Shown here piece after piece: positions 50,274 through 62,764 of a stretch of DNA of 64,000 bases. The notes under the pieces are model-generated. The model had not been told where the DNA came from, ran no database searches, and saw nothing but the letters and a program-made list of their open reading frames with translations. The position numbers were made by a program, and so were the translations under genes. The DNA comes from Rhizophagus irregularis. Its lineage: Eukaryota. The stretch's first letter is position 1. The number at the start of each line of letters is the position of its first letter. Location of the stretch: positions 310,001 through 374,000 of the forward strand of contig NC_089429.1 of the NCBI RefSeq assembly GCF_026210795.1. The letters are read 5' to 3'.

Positions 50274-51577
50274 TTTTTCTTTAAAAAGAAAAAGAAAAAA
50301 GAAAAAGGGGATAAAAGAAAATAAAAAAAATATTTCTTTTTTTAGTTTAAAAAAAAAAGTCAGCTGATGTTTGGATCAACAGTTGTATGATACATCGACA
50401 GTTACATTATGACATCCATCTATCAACATAAAATCATTATATTGTATATTCTACCAAATCTATTATAATTAGCCATATTTGATTATTCCAATATAATATT
50501 CTCTGAAATTGTTTTTAGTACAGCGGGCAGGTTAAAACCGAACTGCTTAACTCATAAACCCATATACTGTATATATAAACTTTCATGATCTTCATACAAT
50601 ATTTATATATATAATGTATATGCTAATTTAAGTAAAAGTAATCATCGCTTTTTAAAAATCTTTGGAGAATAGAGTTAAAGCGGAATCAGGTGAAGAATCG
50701 CAAATCATTGTCATGTTTATCGAAAAAGATTATTAAATAAATATAAATTATATTACTTACCTATAAATCCAGCTTACACCAATGATTTTTAAAATCGAAC
50801 TTTCCGAACATTCGAGTTACTTGATTATTCATCCAATTTTTCCTATATCATAATAAAGGATATATTTATTACTCATAGTTGTATTTATTTTTTTTTTCGA
50901 ATTAAAAATAAAATAAAATAAATAATAAAATAATAATAAATAATTAAAATTATACATGTGATAAATGGTGTTTCGGTATCTAAGTTTAGCTTAATGCTTT
51001 ACAGTATATCATGATGCAAGGTTGGCATGTTTTATTGAAATTTTTTAATAATTTACGCGTAATTAAAGTTCCTATGATGATTTAATGTACATTAAAATGA
51101 ACTCTAATAAAATTTGAGAAAGACTTTTATTAAAACATATTACAATTTTCATATAACAATCATTAAGTGATTAAGCTTTTTTTCACTAAAGGTAAATTCT
51201 AATACTATATATATAGCAAAACATTTAAAACATTTACAATATTTACAAACTTACTTTTGTAACTTACTTTTGTGATTAGTTAAATAAATCTTCGTTAATT
51301 TTCTTTAAAATTTAGCTGTTCTTCGCCAGGACTTAGGTTATCAATACCATCCTGCGCACCGTGTTGAGGTGACAGCTAAATCGCTCAGGTACACGTACAG
51401 GAGGAGATTTCTTCCTGCACGCGGGTTATAAGGTTTTCCTTCCTAATTTTTTTTAATAAATTTTTTTTTGTTGCCATGGGTTGTCCACCAGACCAATCCA
51501 TCCTGTTGGTTGGTTTAAAAAAAATTTTTGCTTATTTTGTTTTTTTGATTGTTTTTTCTTAAAAAAAAAAAAAGGAA

Positions 51578-54500
51578 TTAAGCCTTAGGACTCTTTTGAG
51601 GAACTTGTACGTCATCATCATCACGTTTCCTTTTCTTTTCCTCGGCCCTTTTCTCTGTTAGAGTTACAGCCTTCTGCATATAGTCGATGACGCTCTCCTT
51701 TATGTGCGCTCTCATATTTTCTGTTACCATATAAGCAGCTGCACCAACCCATTTATCACGACGTAGTTCTTTCTTTTGAATTGACTTGCCAATCTATAAA
51801 TTATTATCATACGAATACAATTAATAAAATATTATGTTAAGATTTATCGTATTTTGCGGTTAGTAAGCACTCCCCGAAAATAAGCACCATAGCCAGAATT
51901 ATGGCGATTTTGGCCAGAATTGTGAGGATATTGGCCGGCATTAAGTGCAAAAAAGGGTGCTTATATACCACAAAATACGGTAATATATATTTTCTTCATT
52001 TACTTACTTCTCGACTAAACCCTTTGAAATCTACTTCATTGAAATGACTCTTGAATCTACTACAATAATTAATCACTAACTTATAAATCTAGAATTGATC
52101 AAAGAAGTAAAAATTAGTCATACATACATATACATATATATATATAAAACATAAAATATTAATATTAAATAAATGATTAATTACCGCCATTTTAAATTCT
52201 TTTTCGTTCATTGGAGTGTTCAATGGTACTCCATGTGCAGCTTCAAGCGCTGCCTTCTCCTCAGCCTCAGCCTTCTCTCTTGCAGCTCGCTCTCTCTGTT
52301 TTTCTGCTTCACGTGCCATTGCCTCGGCACGTTCAATTATAGCCTGCAGAGCAGCTTGGCTAAATCCATCGTAACTCTTGACATCATCCTTCACAACCGG
52401 TCGCTCCCAGGAAGCTTGTAATGTGTACTTATTGTAGTAGTAAACTTTTCCATATTCATCTTTAGTTTCATACCAATTGGGCGCAAGTGGCTCCAATTGT
52501 TCTTGTGGCGGTTGCTGTGACTGATCTTTTTGTTCTTCTGTAGATGTAGTCTTTGTGGCCATAGAATGATTCCTTGGTTTTACAAAGCGTCTATTATTAA
52601 TACCGCTTAATCGTGAACGAGAATTGCTAACGTAATTCATATTAAAAGTCGGACGAGGGGCGTACGTGCAACCATATGGATTATCAGGTCTCATTTTCAC
52701 AATACCGTCATAATAATCTGGAGAGGGAACTTTACAGCCTAATGTTTTGCACCAATATTCAAATTGAGATATAGATTGGAATATTGCATTGCTATCCATG
52801 TAACGATTGTAAAAGTCATGACTTGACTCGTATCGATTGGGATTGAGGTCTTGAGGCGTTCTGCCTTTATCGCTTGAATTATTTGCAAGTCCTGAAATAT
52901 TATTTGTATAATTTGTGTGACCCAAATTGTTACGTTCAATTGGCTTTCCTTTGAGATCATCTTTATTTTGATTGAAACTTTCTCTATCTCTATTTGTTTT
53001 TACAGAAGGTGTTTCAATCTGAACCTCATCATCATCAGCCAGATCCTAATTTTTTTGAAAAAAAAAAAAAATTTCATTCATATTAAATTATTATCAAATC
53101 AAAGCTATTTAGTTAACGAAAAATACTTACCAAGGTATGATTAACATCTTGTTTTTGTAATTCATTCAATTCAGGGCCACATGAAGGAAGCTTATCCCAT
53201 TTGTCAATTAAATCTCTTGCTTTTGCACCAATGCGATCATTACGACTTTCAAATTTTGAAACCCATTCTTTAAGATGTGAAGTTTCAACACGTCTATCTC
53301 TATACTTGAAAGGTATCTTATCCGCAATGTTTAATGTCTATAAATGTAGAGGATAAATAATGAAAGAAGTCGATAATTTGGATAAAAAATAGGACATTGA
53401 CGAACAGGTGAATGATCAAAGAATAATAATTTACCTTGAAAACAATTTCATCGTCATTTCTGAATTCGTAAAGGTAGGATTTAAGCATAATTCCTCCGAA
53501 AAGTTTCATAAACATCCTTAGAATAGCGACATCTTCTGTTAACTTTTTAAATGAAATCAAAAAAATGAAAGTCAAAATATATATAATTGAATAAAATTAA
53601 ATAAAATAAATAAATAAATAAATAAAAACAATTCGTGAAAACGCTTACTTTCAGCCTATATAATATCGGTCGCACCATGCTTGGTTGTTCAAGAGATTTG
53701 TACATCAAATTAATAAATTGTTTGACCTCATCAATGCTTCGAATGGGTTCTGTTAATTCAGCTTCAATTTCGGCCTCGTCTTTGATATTAAGATTAGTTT
53801 CTTTAGTACCACCAATGACACCACGACAATTTGATTCACCGCAATGACATTTCTGAGCTTGAGAACTAGTAATATCCAATGAGAATATATTTACATTAGT
53901 TGACAAGAAAAGATATACATGTGCGACAAAAATATGACTTACCCATATCGGTCAGCATTATAATCAAAGGTTAACTCCTCATTTTCTCTGACGTTCCGTA
54001 ATGCGAAAATACCTATACGGTATCGATCACCAATCATCCATTTTTGAATGTAGCAGTTAGGATTGCACGAGTGATTCATAAATCTGGCTATACATCCGAA
54101 CTTTGTTGCGTCGATTATCTAAGAAAGAAATATAAAATGAGACACAATAAATCGATGATGATGACTTGATATACATGTACATACTTCACCAGCCTGTAAG
54201 GACATAAAGTAGAAATGTTTCAGTCCTTGCTTGTTATAAGTTATCATGCGCTTAAAGAACGCACTATTCTTAATCACTTCACCAACGTATTCCATAATAA
54301 ACTGATTACTAAATAAAAACGTAACAAAATAAATCAGAATAAGTTAGAACAATTGCAATAAAATATGAATCAAAAGTAATTGATATGATTAAAGAAGCTT
54401 ACGGTCGTAATGGTTCCATTGCTCTTAGACCGTAGCCTTTGAGTGCAAAATGGATCACATCGACTTTTGCATTTTCAGCTCTTTGAAATCTATGTGAATG

Positions 54501-55233
54501 AGAAATATTACATGAAATGAGGAATAAAATTGAACAAAACAAAACTTATACGGACGAACGAAAAAAAAAAATCACAAAAGAAGGAGAAGTTATAAATTAA
54601 AATGAGGAAAGGACGAACAAAATATAAAAACATTTCGTCTATCCATTCATTCCTTAAACGGACTATCCGTCAGGAAAAGTTGTAGCTTAAGATTTTAACA
54701 TTTAAAAATTAATCTTTTTGTTGAATAAGCACAAATTCCTTTAGACCCAATTTTGATGAATAAATATCATAACGACAAGTTCAAATGTAACTTATTTATA
54801 AGAATATCATACCTTCTATTTTGACAAAATTTGCCAGTTGCACAATCCCCATCTCGACATTCCATGAAGAGTTCACGGTTGACGCAACCTGCAAATTCTC
54901 CACAAGCTTGACTTGCAGCATCTTTACCTAAATACATACATGAGAATTAAAAAGAATTAAAAGAATTAAAAGATGAATCAGTATACATAAATGTCACATG
55001 AGATAAAAGAATAATTATAATCAATTCATCTTATAAAATAGATATCTCTATCACCATTTTCCCTGAATAGAAATATAAACTTTACCTTGTTCATACTTGC
55101 AACAACATCTATAATCCGTATCCTGTTTTCCAACAAGACCAACATTTCCTTTGTAAATGTTTTCTTTAATTTCTTCAAATAGTCTTTTTGCTTTATCGTC
55201 GCAAGATGGGTAGTCATTATATAATTTGACCAT
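51578..55233 (-). CDS. SET2: Histone H3K36 methyltransferase Set2 (AWS-SET-postSET, WW, SRI-like), many exons
   Basis: [78 protein letters not shown] and the WW domain [24 protein letters not shown]. Stop at 51578-51580. Confidence 0.93.
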
Positions 55234-56597
55234 TTTGTTATATTAAGGAGAGAGGATAAAAAAATATGTAAAGTATGTAAAGTATTATCTATAAAGTAAA
55301 AAAGGAACTTTCACCAAAGTAAAAAAAGACAAGAAAATTTTTCAAAGGAATCTATAGAATATAAAGCAAAAAGTTCAAAGGAAAAGGGAAGATAAGTTTT
55401 TTTTAAAGGAAAAAAAAAAAAAAAAAAAAATTTTCGAATCTCAATTTAATCTTAAGCAGGAGAGTTAACCATTATGCACGTGAGGAGAATCGGAAAGAAT
55501 AAAAAAAGCAAATTATTGGAGGTATACTTAAACACCCCTGGTGACATAAGAACACAAAAATTGGAATAGTATAAATCTTGCTAAAGTTAGCAGGGAATTC
55601 GGCCGAAAAAATGGATCGGAAAAATGGATCAGCTAAATGTCAACAGTAAATATTCACCGGGTTAAACAAATTCTGTAGTTTAACAACACGATAATTGATT
55701 CCGAAATGGGAAAAGATTTAAAAAAAAACGCTTTATAATACAAATTTCTAAAAATATAAACCATGTGCTATTCTGTTTCTAGTCTTTACACAATAAAGAA
55801 TTCTTATTAATAGTAAAAAAATGGAAAAAAAAAATACAAAATTGGAAATAAAAGAATGAAATTTACCAAAGAGAAAATAGTGGAAAAACAAGATAACCGC
55901 TATAGAAATTCTTTGGATTTTCTTCTGTGATAAAAGGAAAAAAAAAAAATTTTCCTTCGTATAGATAATTATGGCGTCCGAATTGCATTTGACACTGCCT
56001 CATGATTATCACTTTAGCATTGATCACATAAATTATCACCCGAAATTTCCTAAAACGGAACTCATTGACATCAACTCAAAAAAAAAACTCCGAAAATTGG
56101 GAAGTGATTGACAAGAAATGACGCCTGAGGCGTAACCTCCATTATTCATTTTTAATTACATGCAGAAATATGATGTAAAATATTTAAAATACGATTGATT
56201 TTTTCTCATTAATTGATATAAGAAAATAAATGTTACACACGAATTGTCATTAATAATTTCCATATTTTTTTGTTAAAATTCGAATTAATAATCTTTTTTT
56301 ATGAATTTATAAATTTGCCTATTTTATAAATTGAAAATGTTCCAATCAAAATTTATTTTAAGGCTAGAAATGTTCCAATCAAAATTCAAAACTGAGGGAT
56401 AAATTCAAATATGTAAAATTTACACGTGCACGTATTGGACAGTGTTTGGACAAAGGTAAGACAAGTCACTGGAGTAAGCATAACAATTGATCACCAGATT
56501 CCAGATTTAAGAAAAATTTTTTTTTTTTTTTGATTTTCGATTATCAAAATTTATCTACGAAATTTTTTTTCAGGGATAAAGTTTAAAAAAAAAAATA

Positions 56598-58631
56598 ATG
56601 TTTAATGGACCAATAAAAGCAACGATTTCTACGAAAGTGTTGTTTCAATCTGTAATGAAAAAATGTTGTTGGAAAATTCTTAAACGTTCATTAATAATAT
56701 GTGATTCACCATGTAATAATAAGTTTGGACTTTGTAGAAATGAAATTATAGTTGGTAAAAGAACATACAATAATGGTATTATTTATGAAAATTTTATTAC
56801 AACTAATAGAGATGAAATTAAAAGTTTGGTAGTAACAAATAACAAAACACGAGCAATGGTTTCGATAATTAACTTACAAGAAGAATTTTATGAATATAGT
56901 AACGGTTGCAAACCCCATAATATTAATGAATTATGGAATTATTACATGGAACAAAAACGTAACTTTTTAAATAATATACCAATATATCTTCATTTAACAT
57001 TATTGAAAACTTTATATGAAAAGAGAGAAATAGAAAAAGTATTAACCATAATAAAATATTTAAGGGGAAGAGAAAATTTGGTCAAATGGTTTAATAATAA
57101 TTTAATGATATTAGAATATATAGTTAAATTAAATATAGAAGAGATAATTAAAAATTTTAATTTTTTAAATACAAAAGGAAATTTACCAATTCCTACGATC
57201 GTCGATTTAATAAAATCTTTAGTTAAGGAGAAAGAAATTATCACGGCTGAAGAATTATTTGGAAAATTGGGAAAAGAATATTATGATGTTGAGATATATA
57301 ATAGTATGATGGATGGATATATTAAATGTGTTAGAGAAAATAAATTGGAAAAATCATTATATATATTAGAAATGATGCAAAGAAATAGAATTAAACCAAA
57401 TATAAAAACTTATAATATTTTATTAAATTTATTTAGTAAAGTAAAAGCTCAATCTGAAGCAGAAAGATTATTTGGAGATATAATTGAAAATGGAATTGAA
57501 CCTGATGAAAGAGGTTATCAAGGAGTAATCTTATCTTGTGCAAAAAATAATGATATTGAAAAATGTTTTCATTATTTTGATCGTATGATCGATAAAGGAA
57601 TAAGTCCAACCATTTATCATTATTCTACTTTAATGTCAGCATGCGTTAAATCTGGATACCCGGAAATTGCAATCGATTTATATACGGAAATGGTTTATAC
57701 TACAAATATTAGACCTAATGGTGTAATTTTAACAACTTTAATGTGCGCTTGGACTCGACTTAGAAGAAAAAGATCCTATAAAAAAAAAGATTTAGATCAA
57801 ATATTTGAGGATATAAAAAAATATGATGAACCGGATTTAATCGCTTATACAACTTTAATTAATGCAAAATCAAAACAATTGAAATTGGATGAAGCTATTC
57901 AAGTTTATCAACAAATGCTTATGCATAATATTAAACCTAATGTTTACACTTATACCACTCTAATTGATGCTTCTGCTAAGTTGAGAAATTTATCTACTGC
58001 TTTGAGATTATTTGATGATATGAAAAGAATGAATGTTTCTCCTAATCAATTCACTTATTGTTCTATAATGAGTGCTTATATTAATAATGGTCAATTAGAA
58101 AACGCGTTTCGAACTTTTGAGGAAATGAAACAAAATGGATTAAATCCTGATATTGCTTGTGTCAATTGCTTATTGGATGCTTGTAATCGTTCTGGATCAA
58201 TGAAATCATTCTTTGAATTATATTCTGATACAATAAAAAAATATCATTTAATCCCGGATAATGCCACTGTAACAATTTATATTGATGCTTGTACTTATAA
58301 TAATTATTTTAATGCTGGAAAAAAATTTTATGGACAAATAATTAAAAATAATTTTCCTTTTTCTGTTATTAGATTAAATAATCAAAATATTTTAGCTATA
58401 ATTAATTTTATAATTAAAAGTGGTAATTTGGGTGAATTTGCTAATTTATTAAACTTTATGAAACAAAAATTATTTCATCCAAGTCCTTTTATTAAATTAG
58501 TTATTTACAATCATTTAAATGAATTAAATAATGACAAGGAAATTGAAGCTGTAAATCGTGTTTTACATGGTTGGTCTGATATTCCAACAAAAAGAGATTT
58601 AATTAAATTTAAAAAAAAATATAGTAGATAA
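56598..58631 (+). CDS. Pentatricopeptide-repeat protein, 677 aa, single exon
   Basis: Multiple canonical 35-aa PPR motifs such as KPNVYTYTTLIDASAK and SPNQFTYCSIMSAY. Confidence 0.93.
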   Translation: MFNGPIKATISTKVLFQSVMKKCCWKILKRSLIICDSPCNNKFGLCRNEIIVGKRTYNNGIIYENFITTNRDEIKSLVVTNNKTRAMVSIINLQEEFYEYSNGCKPHNINELWNYYMEQKRNFLNNIPIYLHLTLLKTLYEKREIEKVLTIIKYLRGRENLVKWFNNNLMILEYIVKLNIEEIIKNFNFLNTKGNLPIPTIVDLIKSLVKEKEIITAEELFGKLGKEYYDVEIYNSMMDGYIKCVRENKLEKSLYILEMMQRNRIKPNIKTYNILLNLFSKVKAQSEAERLFGDIIENGIEPDERGYQGVILSCAKNNDIEKCFHYFDRMIDKGISPTIYHYSTLMSACVKSGYPEIAIDLYTEMVYTTNIRPNGVILTTLMCAWTRLRRKRSYKKKDLDQIFEDIKKYDEPDLIAYTTLINAKSKQLKLDEAIQVYQQMLMHNIKPNVYTYTTLIDASAKLRNLSTALRLFDDMKRMNVSPNQFTYCSIMSAYINNGQLENAFRTFEEMKQNGLNPDIACVNCLLDACNRSGSMKSFFELYSDTIKKYHLIPDNATVTIYIDACTYNNYFNAGKKFYGQIIKNNFPFSVIRLNNQNILAIINFIIKSGNLGEFANLLNFMKQKLFHPSPFIKLVIYNHLNELNNDKEIEAVNRVLHGWSDIPTKRDLIKFKKKYSR

Positions 58632-60004
58632 CATGTACAGTAATCTTTGTAATTTCAGTTTTTAAATTTGAATTTAAGTAATAATATAAATATTATTAGT
58701 ATTCCAAATTACCCGAAAGTCATTTGAGAGTCTTGCCTCAGAAATGTAATAAATTATTAACCAATCAAATGACTTAAATGTTTTATGACATTCATATATA
58801 ATTTTATCTATTTAAATATTTGATCTTTAAAAACTGGTCTCTATTTAAAAGATTATTCTTATACTTTACTATCATCATCTAGTATTTTTTAAATGATAAC
58901 TTCTTAGTTATATAAAATTATTTATTATATATAAATCATTAAATAATAGAAATGTTTCTAAGACTGCAAGAACTGTCATTATCTAAGATGATACAGAAAA
59001 AAGGGCTAATTAACAGTGTACATATAGGATCTATTTAATAAATAATAAATGGTTTATAAGTCAATTATATTAATTTTTCATATACAGTATTAATAAGTTT
59101 ATAAATATACTGCAATTAAAAAATAATAATAATAATAGAAAATATGTAAATATCTACTTATTTATATAATTTAAATATAGATTTTCCAAATTTTAATAAC
59201 AAATTAAATAAAAGAATTTAGTAAATATAATCTATTTTATCCAATATGTATATATTTATAAAAAGCTTCTGAATTTTATTAATTTATATTTATATAAAAT
59301 ATTAACTAACTATTTACATTATATATTTTAGCTATTTTTTCTAATAAATTCTACTTTTATATTTTTTTTATAATTATTTTTATTTAATTTAATAAGTTAT
59401 TAATACAATTAATAGTTTTTTTTTTTAATAATAATTTCTTATAAATAAATTTTAAGAAGCATATTAATATTATTTTAAAAAATTATTACTATTCTACTTT
59501 TATTTTTTTTTTTAATTTATCCAATTTTTTAAAAAATTAATAATTTTTTTTTAATCACAATATATTTATAAGTTTATTAATAAAGATGGCAAGAGATGTA
59601 CAATTATGAAGGTTTAACTATAAATGAAATTTAAAATTATTATATAAATGTAAATTTAATTATTAATTTTTTTTGGATTTTCCACTATTTACAAACTGCA
59701 AGAACTGTTTGTTATATTTATAATGATTTATTTTAATACATATAATATACTTGTATAGGAAAAATAACTAATTAATAGGATTTATTTATTAAATAATGGA
59801 TGGTATATATATAAATTAATTATATTAATATAGTTTTAGTTTTTTTATATACTTTGTATTTGGTCTTTTATTTGAGACCATACTATACATAATTTTCAAA
59901 ATAGTGCATTTAAAGAGGGTGTACATTTATAAAGATGAAATAATTAAAGATCATATAAGCTTAAAACTGAACCAGAAGGTGCATTTAGAGAGGATATATA
60001 TAAT

Positions 60005-60301
60005 AGGACCCCGGATATCTAATATAAAGGTCATAATGGACTTTTGGCCAAAAACACCCCTTTTTGCTAAAACTTAAAAAATCGTTTTTTGTAAATATCT
60101 CAGCATCCAGTAATTCAATTTTAATGAACTTTTTTTTATTTTGTAGCCCTCATTTAGCTCTACAATTTAAAAAAAAGTTCATCAAAATTGGACCACTGGA
60201 TGCCGAGATATTTACAAAAAACGATTTTTTGAGCCCCTGAAAAATGGGCCAATCTGCCGAAAGTGTGACTTATGACCTGTTTTGGAGATATCCGGGGTCC
60301 T
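60005..60301. mobile_element. 297-bp AGGACCC MITE (copy 2)
   Basis: Reverse complement of 10284-10580 with few differences; perfect 8-bp TSD TATATAAT. Confidence 0.93.
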
Positions 60302-60973
60302 TATATAATGGATGCAATTATGGAGAGTGCAATTATAAAGGTCTGACTGTAATAAAAAATTATTGTATAGAAATTTTCTAAAATAAAATTTATTTTTATA
60401 AATTTAAAAATTAAATAATAAATTTAAATATTAAATATTAAATATAAATTATTATTAAAATTATTAAATATATATAAAAATATTAAATTAATTTGTAATT
60501 TAAAAATTAATTACAAAAAATAAAATTTAATATAATATTAATTAACAATAAAAATAAAATAAAAAATTATTTTAAAAATAATAAATATTTGAACTTTAAA
60601 ATATTGATCAAAAAATAATTGATTTAACAAATATTAAAAGATTGATAAATATAATGTAAAAGATTGTTAAAAAGAATTAATAATTAAGTTTTTTTTTATA
60701 ATTTTTTTTAATTTGTAGCTAATTTCAATTATGCTTAAAGAAAATATAATAATTGATACTAATATTTCAAAAATCTTTACAAGTGGGTTAAAAAATAGTA
60801 GATATCAACAGTAGAAAAGAAAAAAACTTACAAGGAAAAGGAAATAGAATAATTTAATACATTTTTAATAATATATATATATTAAATAAATTTTAATTAT
60901 TTTAATTATATAAAAAATATTATTTAAAAATAAAAGATTAGATATCGGAAAAAAAAAATTTTTAAAAAATATG

Positions 60974-61550
60974 GTTTTATAACTGAATTTTTTTAGTTTA
61001 ATAATTTTTAATGCAAATAAAAATCCAGTTAAAATTTCTAATTTTTTTAAAAAGAGTATTGCTAAATAATAAATATGAACTACTAAATTTTATTAGGATT
61101 CTAAATAATACTGATATAACTTATATTATACTTTCTAGTAAAATTAATGTCATAAGCAAAATCAATTATATTAGTAATTATTAAATTTTAATTAGGATTA
61201 AATGATATCTTAATATGCGAATTATTGCAAATTATAATATTATATTACATTAAAATTAATAAATTATAGTTTTATAATTGAATTTTTTTAGTTTAATAAT
61301 TTTTAATGCAAATAAAATCAGTTAAAATTTCTAATTTTTTTAAAAAGAATATTACTAAATAATAAATATGAACTACTAAATTTTAATAGGATTCTATATA
61401 ATACTGATATTATACTTTTATAACTTATATTATACTTGCCAGTAAAATTAATGCTATAAGCATAATCAATTATATCAGTTATAATTATTATTAATAAAAC
61501 ATATGAATTATGGTGAATTATAGCATTATATTACATCTGTAATAATTTAA
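60974..61550. repeat. Tandem duplication of a ~295-bp AT-rich unit
   Basis: GTTTTATAAYTGAATTTTTTTAGTTTAATAAT... starts at both 60974 and 61269. Confidence 0.8.
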
Positions 61551-62764
61551 AAAATCAATTTACATAGAGTTTATAAAAAAAATATTTTTTAAACTAGTAA
61601 TTTGAATTTGCCAAAATAGAATTTTGTGTAGAATTAAAACATCATAAAACTTTACTTATTAATATTTGCTAATACTAGTGTAGTAAAAATTAAGTAAAAA
61701 TTGGAGTAGCAAGTTTCAAGGTAGGAATAAAACTATATTCTTCCAGCCCATAATATTCCTTTTACTTAATAAGAATGGCAACTCAACTACATATTATTAT
61801 TTAAATATTATTATTTTTACCATTTTTCCATAAACCAATTACATCTAATATACTAATATACCCATTCTTCTTAATATTTTTCCTATACTAAGCACAAGTT
61901 TCCATTCTGGAATAAATCTTATTTTAATTTATTAAACGTGGTTAAGATATTATTTATTATAATATTCTCTTTATGTGAGTAAAATTAGTATTCATTATTA
62001 TATGATTATTGTCATTTAATTAAATAAATGTAACAGTTCCTTTCTTTGTATTTTATAATGGATATTACAAAAAGGTTACAAGGATTGTTTTCTAATAATT
62101 CTAAAAATAATCATTGTATTTGTTACAGCATATTCAAAAATTGTAAAATATAAAACTTTCTTTTGTAATAATTTTTGTTACAGGTTTCGGAAAAGATTAA
62201 GTGTAGGGATTACTAAATTTGGTCAATGATTATGCGAAACCTGAATGAATTTTATCTATATGTAAAACAAGTAGTTATTAATCTATATAATACATATAAT
62301 AATTTTTTTTTGAAACCTTATTTGTTTAACATACGGGTTATGAGTTAACAAAATTGTCAATAAAATCATCAAGGACGTTTCAATAACAACAAATTGTTTA
62401 TTTTTAATGTAGTCTACGAAAAATATGAAATTAATTAAATTAGAATTAATAATTACGATTTCTGAGATTTTATATAAGTTGGTTCCTATTTGTTATCAAT
62501 ATACTACCAATAAAATTTTCTGGATTTTTTGGACGCGCAAATATTTTTTTTTTTTATTATCAATAGCTTTTAATTTACTACGATTTTTTGATTGCAAATC
62601 TAATAATAATCTAGGTATTCCATGTAAAATTTTATCATAATTTTAAAGAAAATAATTGAAAAAAATCGGAAAATTCTTATTAATTAATTAATTATTCTAT
62701 TTATTTTTTAATAACTAAATTACATTCATATACATGATATCACTAATATTATATATATAATTTA

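Noticed and set aside
50360..50800. Possible C/D snoRNAs between the PPR gene and SET2
   Set aside because: Only partial box motifs, and I could not identify a convincing rRNA-complementary guide.
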